DNA from: Paragordius varius
Lineage: Eukaryota > Animalia > Nematomorpha
NCBI GenBank assembly: GCA_964247055.1
Contig: OZ176056.1
Coordinates: 1,674,001-1,738,000, forward strand
Direction: 5' to 3'
DNA length: 64,000 nt
Shown here: positions 28,901 through 42,800 of the stretch, piece after piece
Position numbering within the stretch: the stretch's first letter is position 1
Layout: each line of letters begins with the position of its first letter
The notes under the pieces: generated by a model
The model's input: only the letters and a program-made list of their open reading frames with translations
The model's database searches: none
What the model was told of the DNA's origin: nothing
Translations under genes and position numbers: made by a program

Positions 28901-29349
28901 TATTGATTATCATACCTAAATACATAGTTTTTTTAAACTCATTTCGCGTTTCTAACTTTTCACTTTTAGAGCCCCACAAAAAAAGTCTGACTTTTTAATT
29001 TAAATTGACAATTTTAGTAGACAGCTCTTTAGTTTTTTGTTTTTCCTATTTCACCCATTTTAATTTAATTTTTCTATGCATTAAAGATCACTCAAATTCC
29101 AAGAACATAAATACGATTGCAACACAATCCAAAACATCATTCAATGATGGCGATCAAGGGGAATGCTCTGACCTTATCTATAAAAATGTGCCCACTCATT
29201 TGTTTCGAAATACCAGTGAAACTTCTCACCCAGCTAAAAATGTTAATACTATACATATTCAAACTCACCACAGTGTTGTTACGAAAAATATATCAAATAC
29301 CCATAAAAAATCTACCCCGGTTTCTGAGAATATTAAAGAAGAAATTTAA
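16996..29349 (+). CDS. R12-family regulator of G-protein signalling (RGS domain + two Ras-binding domains); at least 1151 aa, 5' end unresolved
   Basis: Exons 16996-17817, 22135-22215, 23135-23337, 23984-24138, 24463-24785, 24951-25880, 26267-26506, 26850-26979, 28381-28689, 29087-29349 join in frame (3456 nt). RGS: RVASWAVSFDNLLKDPIG...FLIKEYSDENIKFW...QIFNLMKYDSYARFIKS. RBD1: SIKRMLTHLC...SAVDVYL. RBD2: ERRIIFEIEL...IGVKTKPNKTLGQVLDPILGYYKL. Resembles RGS12/RGS14/Loco. Confidence 0.9.
27656..28340. repeat. Tandem duplication (~350-bp unit x2), each unit starting with a palindromic family D MITE
   Basis: Both units carry TTTCACACTAT..GGGCAATTTGCAACAC, TGTATTAAAAAATAAAG, GAAGCCCG, CCCGAAGCCAT and TTCACTnATCCAT. 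Confidence 0.7.
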
Positions 29350-30252
29350 CAATTTAGAAATACTTAAAAACGACTTATAAAAGCCATAATGCCTACATAT
29401 AAGAATCAATCGATTCAACCAAAAAGCACAAAGAAATTTTTATGGTGTTAAATGCTGTTTATTTTTCACACACGCATATTTTTCAATAAAAATAATTGTT
29501 ACGAAAAAATTTTACAATGTGATATTAGTTAACACAAAAAATCAATATATACTCATAATAATTATATATACATAAACATTTTTATATTTTAGGTTATATA
29601 AGATATGTATTTATTTTTAAGGCAAATAAATAATAACTTATTGCACACATCATCATATAACACCTGATTTTATATAAATAATGGTTTATAGATAATTTCA
29701 CACAACCCACTTTTAATATATTAAATTTATATTAATAAATATATTTATTCTCTCTGATATAAGCCGTATAAAGTTTATTTTACTAGTTTTTAATAAAGAG
29801 GGACGTTTTGTTAATATTAAAATCTAGGCATTTTACGGTAACATTTGAGTTTATTTAACCTTTTTGAAAAAAATAAAAAAGTTTCAGTTAATTATATATA
29901 GTCGCGCATTTTTAGATATTGTTTTTTAATACTGGGACAATTTTAATGTATAAGTGAGTTTTTTAAATAAATTTAGAATTTACATTTATTAAAAAATTGC
30001 TATACAAGAATTTGGTTAAAAATGTTACAATTTTCATCGCATTTTAGGCTAAATATCTGTTTTTATAACAAAAATTATATTGTTAAAACTGAAAAATTTA
30101 AACTGTCTGGTGCTAGATTTTTACAAATATTCAACAGTTAAAATTTGATTTCTAGTTTAATTTGTTTGAAAATTTATATAATAATATTAAATTTATATAA
30201 TATTAATAATTTATTTGGGGAAAAATAAATAAATATAAAAAATATATCTATT

Positions 30253-33200
30253 TCAAGAATTTGTTGGCATACAAAATTCCGTAAGTGTAATTGCTAAATT
30301 CCTCCACGTATAATGAATGGCCAGGATAATGGAATTTTTCGTTTTTACCGATTTCATTAAATAACTTTTTTCAGGGTTTGGCGTGCTGGTTTCATTTCTA
30401 CATATCAAAATAAAATATAATAATATTTTAATTGTAATAAGGTTAAAAAATAGTGCTATATCATAATAGGAAACCGTTTTTGTTTTCAAATAAATGTGCC
30501 TAAAATTATTCGGATTTCATGGGTTTTTGATCAAAGGGTTATACTTTCACCGTCAAACTTTTATATTTTAATCATTACTTAGTGTTATAAAAAAACATAA
30601 AAACATACTTAATTCAAACAGATTGACATTAAATCAAATTAATCACAAAAAAGTTAAATTATAGATTTTTAAAATGCGCCAAAAACAGTTTTAGATATAA
30701 TTTCCGCGGTTCTTGCTTCAAAAAACCGGTTTCATTCCTGTCAAATATATTTTATCTTATCACATCCATTTAAAAGTATAAAATTTGACGTTTTATTGTG
30801 TAGATATTTTTAAAACATTTTAAGATACAAAATCCCTTTTTCAAAAAACAAATTTACGAATCTTAGTTTTGAGAGTTTTAAAATTAAAAACCCATCAAAA
30901 TCTATGATATTAACCAATAAAAAATAAATTTATTTAAAAAATGAAGAAAAAAAATATTACAAATTTTCATTTTGTAGAGTTTCAGAGGGCAAAGTCGCAG
31001 CTGTATTTTCAGTTGTTCCACTACTAATATACAAGCATGAACGTTCATTGGTTTGAGAAATTCGTTTGTAATCCCAAAATGATAACATACAATCGGCACC
31101 CCCTAATTACAGTAAATAAAAAATATCACTAAAAAAATATTTTTTAGATATTTTTAAAACTCTTTTTTTATATATAATTTTAGATATTTAAAATTGTGAT
31201 AGATATAAAAAACGGTATAGATTTTAGATATATGGAGACCAGTTAATTTTTTAGCTATTTACTTGTAAAAAAATAATAAAAAAAAACTTTTTATACTTAA
31301 CAAGGGGAAGACAATTTTTTTGTTCATAAAAATCATATAAACTCAAATTCATATATTTTCAACATTTATTGGTCACCATAAATCCTTTTAACAGTAAAAA
31401 TTAGATAAAAAACGGCTATTTAGAGAGACTAAAAAAGATTTGCCATTTTAAAGGATAATATTTTACAACAGTTAAAACAATAATATATGATTGGAATTAA
31501 TTAATATAGTTATTAGAATAATAAGGTTTAACAGTTTTAAAACACATTCTTTCCCGTGACTTTGACCCCCTTCAAAATAATTAATAAAAAAAGTTATTAT
31601 TATTAATTTTATAAATATTGAACTCTTTCTGATTAATAATGTCAATCTTAAAATTTTTATAATAAAACACAGGCAAAGATTTAATTAATTTTATTTAACC
31701 ACAATATTAACATTTCGAGTAAAAAATGTTACGTTATTAAGTGAATGACTGTGAAACCGGTTTTTAAGTTTTAATCAGTTCAAAAAAAGCAACCATATAT
31801 CCATACATACAATATATATTTACAGTTCAAATTCACCCTTGAACAATCAAATTTACCCTAAAAATAAATTATGTGTTTTCCGAACTAATATAACTCATAA
31901 TTAATATGAAATATATCTTTATGGCATATTTCATTATTTTTTCAATATTATTTTAATTTAAAACAAAATTTTATGTTTTAAAAATATACTTAATATAGGT
32001 AATTTTTAATCTTAAAAACATGTTATTTATTTGAGGGTGAATATGAATTGTTCAAGGGTGAATATTTAGATTGTTCAAGGGTGAATATGAATTGTAAAAA
32101 GGTGAATTTGAACTGTCATAGATGGCTTGGCGGGTGGCATTTGAAATACCATTTACAGTTGATATTCACCCTTAAATAATTCAAATTCACCCTAAAATAA
32201 ATTATATGTTTTTGAAGATTACATATTACCTATATTTTATACATATTTTTAAAAAATAAAATTTTGTTTTAAATTGAAATAATACTGAAAAAAAATAAAC
32301 TATGTCATAAAGATATATTTCATATTATTAATGAGTTTTATTATAGTTCGTAAACATATTAATTATTTTTAGGGTGAATTTGAATTGTTCAAGGGTAAAT
32401 TTGAATTGTTCGAAGGTGTTTCAACTGTAAATGTTATATAACGTAAAAAACATTCAAATTCAAGAAACAAAATTTTTTCCTATCAAAATTTAAACTAAAA
32501 AAATTATAATTTATTACCCGAAGTCAAACAAACTCCATCACGATCAAAAGCAAACGCATAAATAGCAGCAAAATGGTGTCGCAAAATTGTCACCAAATGT
32601 CCCAATTGTAAATCCCAAACATATATTTTACCATCTTTTCCTAAATGCGCAAAATGTAATATAAAATTAATTAATTAAAAAAATGCAAAAATTTAATTAA
32701 TAATATAAGTGTATTTATATAGTTAATATAATTTAATTTTATGTAACCTAATCACTTAACTTAAGTGTGTAATATATAATTATATGTGGTAAACAATTTT
32801 ATTATAAATTAAAATTAATAAGAAAAAACAGATAAAATATTGTTATATTGTAATAAGGATGTTATAAAATTTTTAAACTTGATTTTATTTATATAATTTA
32901 ATGTTTTTTATTGCAAAATTAATAATAAAGATAAAAACTAGTAATTTAATAATCGTATTAACAGTAAAAACCGAAATTATAGGGAGAAAACGTAATAATA
33001 TAAAGACAAATATTTTTTTCTGAAAGATAACCATACTTTTTAAATCTAGATTTATATCAATATATATAACTCATTGTTTTAAATGGCAAAGAGATATATA
33101 ATACTAACACAATCAATTTATTTTACAATTGTAACTGAATAGCTTATATGGGTAACATTAAAGTTTTAATAGGAATGGTTGTCTTTTAGAAAAAAATATA

Positions 33201-33816
33201 TGTCTTTATATTTTCACGTTTTGTCCGTATAATTTCAATTTTTAGTGTAAAAGTTTGTTTGCCGTTATAATTTTTTAATTTATAGAAAACAATAAAATTC
33301 AACAAAAACATAAGTTAAATACAAATTTCATATAAAACCCAAATTTTTTATCCTTGATATATCATAAAACCACTCATATTAAATATAATATATATATATA
33401 TATATATTTAAAATTATTTCGGACTAACGTTAAGTTCTTAAAGTAAATATGGTCTAAAATATGGTTTTTTGGTATATTTTATCTATTTGAAAAAAATTTA
33501 ACGTAAAAATATTTATTTGCTTTTAAAAAATACCTCCTGATATTAAATGTCGGCCATTCAGAGAAAAGGTCAGTGCTGTAATTGGATTCTAACATATAAA
33601 TAAATATTTTAATAAGGAAGGCGAAATTTAGCAAAAACCAATTAATTTTATGGAAAATATTATTACATTTCACCATTTAATTAATTATTTCACAAATTTT
33701 TATATTTTTAAATCATAATTTTATAATATTTAAAAAAAATTTATTTATTGAAAAATATATAAAAACCATCCATAAATAGTTAACTTCAATCAAAATAACC
33801 AATTAAATTCAGATTC

Positions 33817-33847
<31 letters not shown>

Positions 33848-36800
33848 AAAATAAACTTTTTTCACTAAAAACTACTTATATAAGTGAAAATGATAAAATA
33901 TTACCAGTTAAAGTAATCAAAAAACATTTTTATCTATTCTAACCCAAATTTTTTTCCTTTGTTATAATCTGAAAAAATATATAAAAAGCTTTTTTTTCAT
34001 TAAATTAAAATGATAAATTTTTAATAAAATAAATTTATTAAATCAAAATATATTTTTCAAAAGATATATTTATTGTTTAAAAATTTACTTTATGACCAGT
34101 AAAAATGCGTACACACAGCCCATTTAAACAATCCCACAAACGGACAGTCCTATCACTAGAACCTGACGCAATATAATTGCAATTTGGGTGAAATTTGATA
34201 ACCTATATATAAAAATATATTTAAAAAAATTTGTTAATTTTGGATATTTTTATTAAACATTGTATTATAATCGAATAAAATAATATATTTCAATATTTAT
34301 TAAATAAAGATTGGGTAGAATTATCAATACAACAGTTAACTATGCAATCTGAAAAGTTCAAAAATCAAAAAAAAGTAAAAATTAATAAATTTAATTGATA
34401 TTATAATACTAGTTTCGAAACTAATTTATTTGAATAAGTAGATCCTTATTTATTATTTTACAACTTTCAATTAAACCAATAAATTTTTTTGAACATCATG
34501 TAAAAAAATAAATATTCCCCGATTTTTTATATCTAATGTAGTTTTTAATTTTAAATATATAGTATTAAAGTATTCTATAACTTTAAAAGATTAATAGAAT
34601 AATTTCCATAAAAACATTTAATCAAAACACAAAATTATTTATAATATATACCATTTAAAAATCAAATTTACCGTTGAACAATTCATATTCACCCTAAAAA
34701 TAAATTGTTTTCGGGCAAATATATGTCATTATTAAAAAAATATATCTTTATGGGACAGTTTATTACTTTTTCAGTATTATTTTAATATTAAACAAAATTA
34801 TTTCGTTTTTCAAAAAAACATAAGTATTCTCAAAAAAGAGTTTAATTTATTTTAAAGTGATTTTGAAATGTTTTTGGTTTATAACAATATAATTCCACCA
34901 TTTAATTTTGCCTGTAACTTTTTTAATATTTTCCAATCAATTTTAGACAAAAAATATAAATTTTACTCAATAGATTCCAATAAATCCATATTTAAAAACA
35001 TTTTTGCAAAGTAACATATTATTATTTTAAGTAAAACAAATCAATGTACATTTTTTTATTTCATTTAAAATAAAAAAATCTAATAAAAAATTATTAAAAT
35101 TTTATACATCAACATCAGATTGATGTCCAACCATAAGTCTAAGACAGGTGGATTGATCTGTTGCCCAAAATCGAAGGGTTTTATCAGCACCCCCGCTTGC
35201 AAAATAGTAACCCAAAGGACTTTTGTGTGGAGATTGAAATAGAAAAAAAATAAGTAAAATTTGAATTAATTTTCAGAAAAAATTTAAATATTTTAAGCAA
35301 TTTTGGGGGAAAAATTTGTATTCTAATAGTGTTTTAATGTTAATGTTTCGCATATAAAAAATAAGTTAATTTTGTTAACATTTATAATTAAGGCAATAAC
35401 ATCAAAAAAAATGAAGTCTAGATATATTTCTTGTATTTTTATAATAATCATGCAAATAATAACTTATGGACTTTAAAGAAAAAAAAGTTAAATTTTCTGT
35501 GATTTAAAAAAATGGTAAAAAATTAATTATTCGAAAACTAAGAGTAAATTTTTTAAAGTAATTTTGAAATGATATGAAAAATGTTTTTTTAGAAAATAAA
35601 ATGTTGCACAAAGCAATATTTTTCAAATATACTAAATCAAATTATTCGAAAATCAAAATAACATTACATTTTATGGTGTTAATGTGAAATTAGTTGAATT
35701 AAAAAATATTTTTGAAATAAATTTCAATCTTTTTAATTATTCCATAATATACATAATTCATAACTTATTAATATTTAGGCTTAAATATATTGATATGCAA
35801 AAATTTGATATTTTTTAGATCTTAACGCATTTTTACCAAAAATATGGAATAAAAAAATTAAAAACCAAAATTGAACATCCCAAACTGGTAGGAGGTGTCC
35901 TTTAAAGCATACAATGTTTTTGAACACTAGCAAACTCCATAATCTAACTAAAAAAAGGTTTAAATAAAAAAATATTTAATTTTAAATATAATCTAGATAA
36001 TTTAAATGATAAATTTATTGTTTTTTCAAAAATTATAGTGAAATTACAATTAAAATAAAATTTTAAAAAATATACAACTTTTAGTAAAAAAAACTTTTTT
36101 TAATTTAAATTTTTAAATAATTAAACTAATCCATCGATTTTCATTGGAAATAAGAAATAAATATATTAGTATATACACACTCAATTATATATTTCACATT
36201 TCGAAAGTTTAAAAAATATTATATTTTTTAGTATAAAAATACTTATTTAAATTTAAATTTTATTTAAAATAAAAAAAACTTTTTTTTATTTTAACTTACT
36301 TGTGGCATCGATAGAGCTTGATAAAAGAAACATTTTATCATGACTTAAGGAGAGCGCTGTAATAGATTCTGTATGTCCACATAGGATTTTAACGTCGCTC
36401 ACATTTTTTTCATCCATAATTTTGTTTAAGACATCTTCTAAAAGATATAAAATTATTTTTTTTAAATTAAAATATAAATTTATACCATTTACAATTCGAA
36501 TTCACCCTTGAGCAATTCAAATTCACTCTCGAACAATTCAAATTCACCCTTGAACAATTCAAATTCACCCTTGAACAATTCAAAATCACCCTTGAACAAT
36601 GGAACACCCTCAAACAATTCAAATTCACCCTTGAACAACAAAAATATTATGTGTTTTCGGGCTAATTTGACTCATTATTAATAAGTATTTTCTACGCCCA
36701 TTATTATTTTTTCAGTATTATATTAATTTTAAACAGAATTTTATATTTTTAAAAATATTCAAAAATAAAAATAATTTTTAATGTCCAAAAAAACACATAA

Positions 36801-39800
36801 TTTATTTTAGGTGAATTTGAATTGTTTGAAGGTGAACTTGAATTGTTCGAAGGTGAATTTGAACTGTAAATGGTATATTTTTTTTTATCTAAAATATTAA
36901 ATTATAAAATGTATTAAAAATATATACTTTCTGTGCAATATTTTGTAAAATTATCCTTGTAATTTTTATGGAACTTTTTATACAGACTTTTTATAAAAAT
37001 AACCAAAAAAAATACGGAAATAAAAAATTACCCTCATTAATATCGAGTTGTTTGAGTTCCCAAGCTGATTTCATGCCCCTAAGCTTTTGAGGTGTTAGGG
37101 CAAAAATTTTTATAATTCCATCCGAAAATCCTATGGCTAAAATTGCTGAATCTTCACTTATTATGGCGCTTGTAACGCTAAAAAAAGGAAAATTCAAAAA
37201 AAATTATAAAATTGAGTAAAAATTAGGTTAGTATAATTTAAATTAATTAATATATGTTTATGTCATAATAAACATATTTGAAATGTAATATACCATTTGC
37301 ACTTCAAGAGTGTCCTTGAACACTTCAAGTTGGTCCTTAAAATTTATAAATTTTGATTTAACCATAATTTTTGCATTTATTATTTTTTTATTTATTAACC
37401 TAATTTTCTTTATTTATTATATATTAATTTATTTAAAAATAAAAAATTTTATTGAAAAACAACTTTTTATTTTATTCTATATTTTTTCAATTGAATAAAA
37501 TTATTGACTTTTAAATGTTTTTAATGAAAAAATTTTAATCAATAACCTAGAAAACTTATATATTTTTTCATTTCGTGCTATAATCTAATAATTATCCAAA
37601 ATTATTTTAAGAAATTAATAAAGATATACGGTTTCTCAAAGATTAAAAGTTGTATCGATTCAAAATTTATGTAAATAATAGAAAATAGGTTAAAAACAAT
37701 AAAATAGATGAATTATTTACGATTTGATTGATAAAAATTAAAAACAAAACAAAAAAGTCAAAGGATCAACTTGAAGTGTTCAAGGACCAAATTGAACTGT
37801 TCAATGACCAACTTGAACTGTTCAAGGACCAACTTGAAATGTTCAAGGACCAACTTGAATTGTTCAAGGACACTCTTGAAGTGCAAATGGTATATAAAAA
37901 ACAAAACAAGGCATTTTCTTTTCAAGGAATATATATTATCTCTATATACGGTTTATGCGGCTAAAAATAAATTCATACTAATATTCAATTTTCCGATTTG
38001 AAATTAAAATATATAACCTCTAAAAGCTCCATATTTTTGTTTTAATTTAAAAACAATAAACAAAAAAATTTATCAAAAATTATTCTTAACAAAAGAATAT
38101 AAATCATTTAAACCAAAAAAATCTTTTTAAAATGATAACTTTTTTAATTTTATTGGTAAAAATTTATTATGAGGTAGAGCTTATATTTTATATTATGGCT
38201 GTCCAATACAAATAGTTTCGCAGGCCGCATTTTTAAATTTAAAAAATCCGACGAGCTGAATTTGTATATATATATATATATGGGCATTAATAGATATTTT
38301 AATAGGATTTTTCAAACTTAAAACTATAAATTTAAGGATTCCATACGTGAATGACAATACAAGAATTAATTTGGCAAACGTATGAATATATTTTATTAAC
38401 AATAAAATTTTTTTATTAATAATGATCGAAATATAAGTATTATTAATAAAAAATTTTTATTGTTAATAATATATTCATACGTTTGCCAAATTAATTCTTA
38501 TTAAGACTATAAAAACTAGTATTTAATTTATCAATTTTTTTAGTTTCTTTCCCAAATTCAGAAAAATTATTCAGGAGATTTGTTTAAGAGAATCAAATAA
38601 ATTTTACTTAGATTTCGTGAAATTTTTTATTTAAATCCCTCGCGGGCTGAAATTTAAATAAAAAATTGTAAAATTAAAATAAAAACTAATAAAAATCTCA
38701 CCTAAATTTTGCATTTAAAACAGTGTAACAACACACAGAAGGCAAACTTTCACCATTAATTTTGTAGCGTTTAAGGGCTTCTTGAGCAACTAAAATTCGT
38801 AACATTTTATCTGATTCTTTTCTAGACATGTAAAAAAAATTTAGTAAAAATTAAAAAATAAAAAATTTTAAATAAAAAAATAAAAATTAAATTATAATGA
38901 TGTAAAAAATAAAAATTGGAAATAAATTTCAATTATAAATTACAAAAATTTTAAAAAATATAAATTTGAATTGTAATTAAAAAAAATTAGGCATATTTTA
39001 TAAAAAAATTAAATTTATTTAAATTTCAAGATATAAAAATAAAATTTTAAGACATATAAATTAAATTTTTAAGAGACCTCAAAAATCAAATTTTGAATGG
39101 CAAAAAACAAAAAGTAAATTTAAAATTTTTTTGAGACAAACTATTTGCAAAATGGCAATAAAGATATAAATTGGTAATAAACCTAAATTTTATGTTTACA
39201 AAAAGCTGTTCATAAAAGTTGATTAAAACGTAAAAATTAAGAGGAATTTATTATATTAGAAAATTTTGTTAATACCAATATTATTTAAATTTAAAACATA
39301 AAAACTTTAACTGTAATGGATTTTTATTTGACTTTTCTTTATTTCTTAAAAAAATAATTTTATATTTTACAATTTTTTTTACTAAATTATATATAATTTA
39401 CAATTCCGGTAAGGGTATTCGATTTTGGGGTGGTCCCATGGGATCTGTTTTGGCTTTTTTGAGCAAATATCCATCTTTTCTTGTCTTTTTTTTCTTCAGA
39501 TGATAAATTAAAAATTATAAAATATTTTGAAATATTTAATTACAAAGTTTATAAAAATTAAGTAACTTACTCTCAAAAGTGACTACAAAATATATTAATT
39601 ATAAGTTAATAGAAATAAATAAATATAAATAATTTATTTTTTAATTAAAAGTGAGAGATGATATGTGAAAATTTATTAATTTTGGACTAAAATTTATAAA
39701 AGCTTCTTTTGGAACATTTTTTATATATTACATTTTTTCTACGATAATATTTATAAATGGATTAACCATTAAATTTTAAACTGTCGATAATATATAATAG

Positions 39801-42800
39801 GTAATATACCATTTACGGTTCTAATTCACCCTTGAACAATTTAAATTCACCCTCGAACAATTCAAATTCCCCCTATATATATTATGTCTATTCGGGCTTA
39901 TGTAATTTATCATTAGCATAAAATATATTCTTATGGCATAGTTTATTATTTTTTCAGTATTATATTAATTTTAAACAAAATTTCATTTTCTAAAAATATT
40001 AAAAAATATAGGTAATTTTTTAAAAACACAATTATTTTGTAAATTTGAATTGTTCGAGCATAAATTTGAATAATTGTGTAAGGGTGATTTTGAACTGTTA
40101 ATGATATATATAAACTCTAATATTATATATTGTTAATTTTAACATATATTTTTTAATTTTTTAAAAATAATCTTTGTCAAAAACTTGTCGCGTTTTTAAG
40201 TGGCCTTTATTGTCGCAAAATATTTTATTAAAATGTTTTATTGAAAAATTAGATTCTCAATAATAACAAGAGGTCTCTAAGTTTTAAGATATGCCATATT
40301 TCAGTCAAAAGAAACTTTTTTTTAACCAAAACGCAAATTTTCAAACAAACGCAATATTATTTAGTGGTCCCTTTTTTTGAATGTTGTCGCGTTTGCTTGA
40401 AAAAAATGTTGTCTTTGGTTGAAAAAATGGTATATTTATTTAATATATCATTCTTAATTTATATCAAAACATATTTTTTTAATTTTTAATAAATGAATCG
40501 CAAATTATGGCGCTTTTAATTGGTCCATATTTTTTATGTCATCAAAATTCTATATAGGTTTACACAGTTAAACATTATAATTAAAAAGTTTATATATAAA
40601 TATATATATAAAAAATATTCATAAATGGGCAAAATATTACATTTTTGTTAAAATCTTTTTACGCGCACCCTATATAGTCTTTTAATATTTATACGTTTTG
40701 TCTTTTATAAAATATCACAAAATTCAAATTTTTAAAATTTAAATTTTAAAAAAATACTTTATCAGAGTTTAGTTGGCTAGGATCATCTTCTGGCATTGAT
40801 TTATTGATTGAATTTGGCGCCAAATTCTCATTATTTGCTGAATTTGAATTGTTTGTTGAAAGTGAAATTACAACCTCGGGTTCTTTAAGTAATCCACAAA
40901 ATATCTTTTGTTTATTAACTATATATATATATAAAAAAAATTAAAGTCCAACTAAAAAACTATAAAATATATAAAAATGAAATTTTAACATAAAAAATTT
41001 AATTTAAAATCCAAAAAAATATTATATTTGATTAAAATTATTTTCCGAATTCGAAATGATAAAATCTGATTGACTGTTAATAAAAGTCATAAGGGGTTCA
41101 ATTTATTTTTTGAGTCCAAAAATTGATAAAATATAAAAAAATAAAATATTGTAATATAAATAACTTAAAAATCAAAAAAAAAATTTTGACATTTTTAATT
41201 ATTATTAAAAAACCCAAATCGCAAATAAAAATTAAAAAGTCCAAAAAATATTATTATTTTGTAACTTGAAATAATATTTTTATCAAAACCAAAATAGCAT
41301 AAAAATTAATTTTGCAAGTTAAAATTAAAAATTTTAAGGAGCAAAATCTAAAAATAGAGAAATCTCAGCTCTTTAAACAACAAAATAAAATTTGTTTATT
41401 GACCATACAGGAAAAAATATCTACATAAATTATTAATTTTTACAAAATATTTATATATATATTATGATTTTAAATAAATAAATATATCTGGCATCTCATA
41501 GTTAAGAACAACACGAATATGTTAAAAAAATTTACATTACCTTTGATATATCTATAATTTATAAAATTATTTCGATAGAGATAGTATGTTAATTTCCAAC
41601 TAAAATTCACATATTTTCTATAAACTAAAAAAATTCAATAAATTTATATGTTCAAGAATATCGTGTGTTTTAAAATCCAGTATAATTTTGTATTTAATTG
41701 AAAAAACAAAAAAGCTATATATATATAGTATGCATTATAATGGTTGCTTATTTCACATTATATACCATTTACAGTTCAAATTTACCCTCGAAGAATTCAA
41801 TTCACCCTTAAATGTGTTTTTTATTAAAAATTACCTTTATATTTTAATATTTTTAAAACATGAAATTTTGTTTAACATTAATATAATGCTGAAAAAATAA
41901 TAAACTATGTTGTAAAAATATATTTCATATTAATTATAAATTATGTTAAATTGATAACACATAATATATTTTTAGTGTGAATTTAAATTGTTCAAGGGTG
42001 AATTTGAATTGTTCGCGGGTGAATTTGAATTGTTCAAGGGTAAATTTGAATTGTTTAAGGGTGAATGAATTGTTTTAAGGGTGAATTTTAATTGTAAACG
42101 GTATAGTATGGCAATTGGCAACACAATAGTGTAGAATGGAAAATATAGAAAGGAAAAAATTGTTTTTTCAACCTCCTATTGTTTTTTTCCATACACTACT
42201 GTGTGTTGCCCTACTATATAGTGTGAAATAAGCAATCATTAAAATGCTGACTTTATTAAAATTACTTTCTCTGGGAGGTTCCCCAATAAAAGACCCAATC
42301 GTTTGTTGAACAGCTTGTAGAGTTCTAGGGGTATCTTCAACAACTATATATATAAAACACAAATAATTAATTTTAAAATATAAAAATTACAATAAAAAAA
42401 TGTTTAAAATATCTCTTTTTCTATCCAACAAAAATTTTAATAATTTTAAAAATTGTAGTTTTTTATTAACATTAGTTTGAGTAAAAAACAAATTATCTGT
42501 TATTATAATATAATAATTAGATTTTTTAATCGTATCAAATTAATAAGAAAGGCATATTAAAAAAATTTCAAAAATAATACGTCAATATATAAAACAATAA
42601 ATTAAATTTCAAAAAAATATTTTTTGTAAAAATAATATGTTTTAATTTTTAAATCAATGATTTTCACTAAAAAAATTTCTTCTATAATATTAAAAAGTTT
42701 TGATATTTAAAAACTTTTAATCTTATTATCAAACTCCACAGTTTAATAAAAACAATCATATTAATTGATCTGATACTTTAAATTTAAATTAAATTCTTAT

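Noticed and set aside
36500-36640. 21-bp tandem repeats as a CRISPR-like array
   Set aside because: The units are contiguous with no unique spacers, sit inside TIR-bounded elements, and the DNA is eukaryotic.
37761-37875. GAA...TTC arrays as heat-shock elements
   Set aside because: The spacing is GAA-N3-TTC, not the nGAAnnTTCn of an HSE.
37728-38001. ORFs with heptad repeats (KDQLEVF-KDQIELF...) resembling a coiled coil
   Set aside because: They are translations of the 21-bp subterminal repeats of a family B MITE, antisense within a TAF5 intron.
42250-42265. Alternative TAF5 exon 6 donor at 42251 (GTCAGC)
   Set aside because: It gives the wrong phase; the donor at 42265 restores EPPREINKQKIFCGLLKEP.
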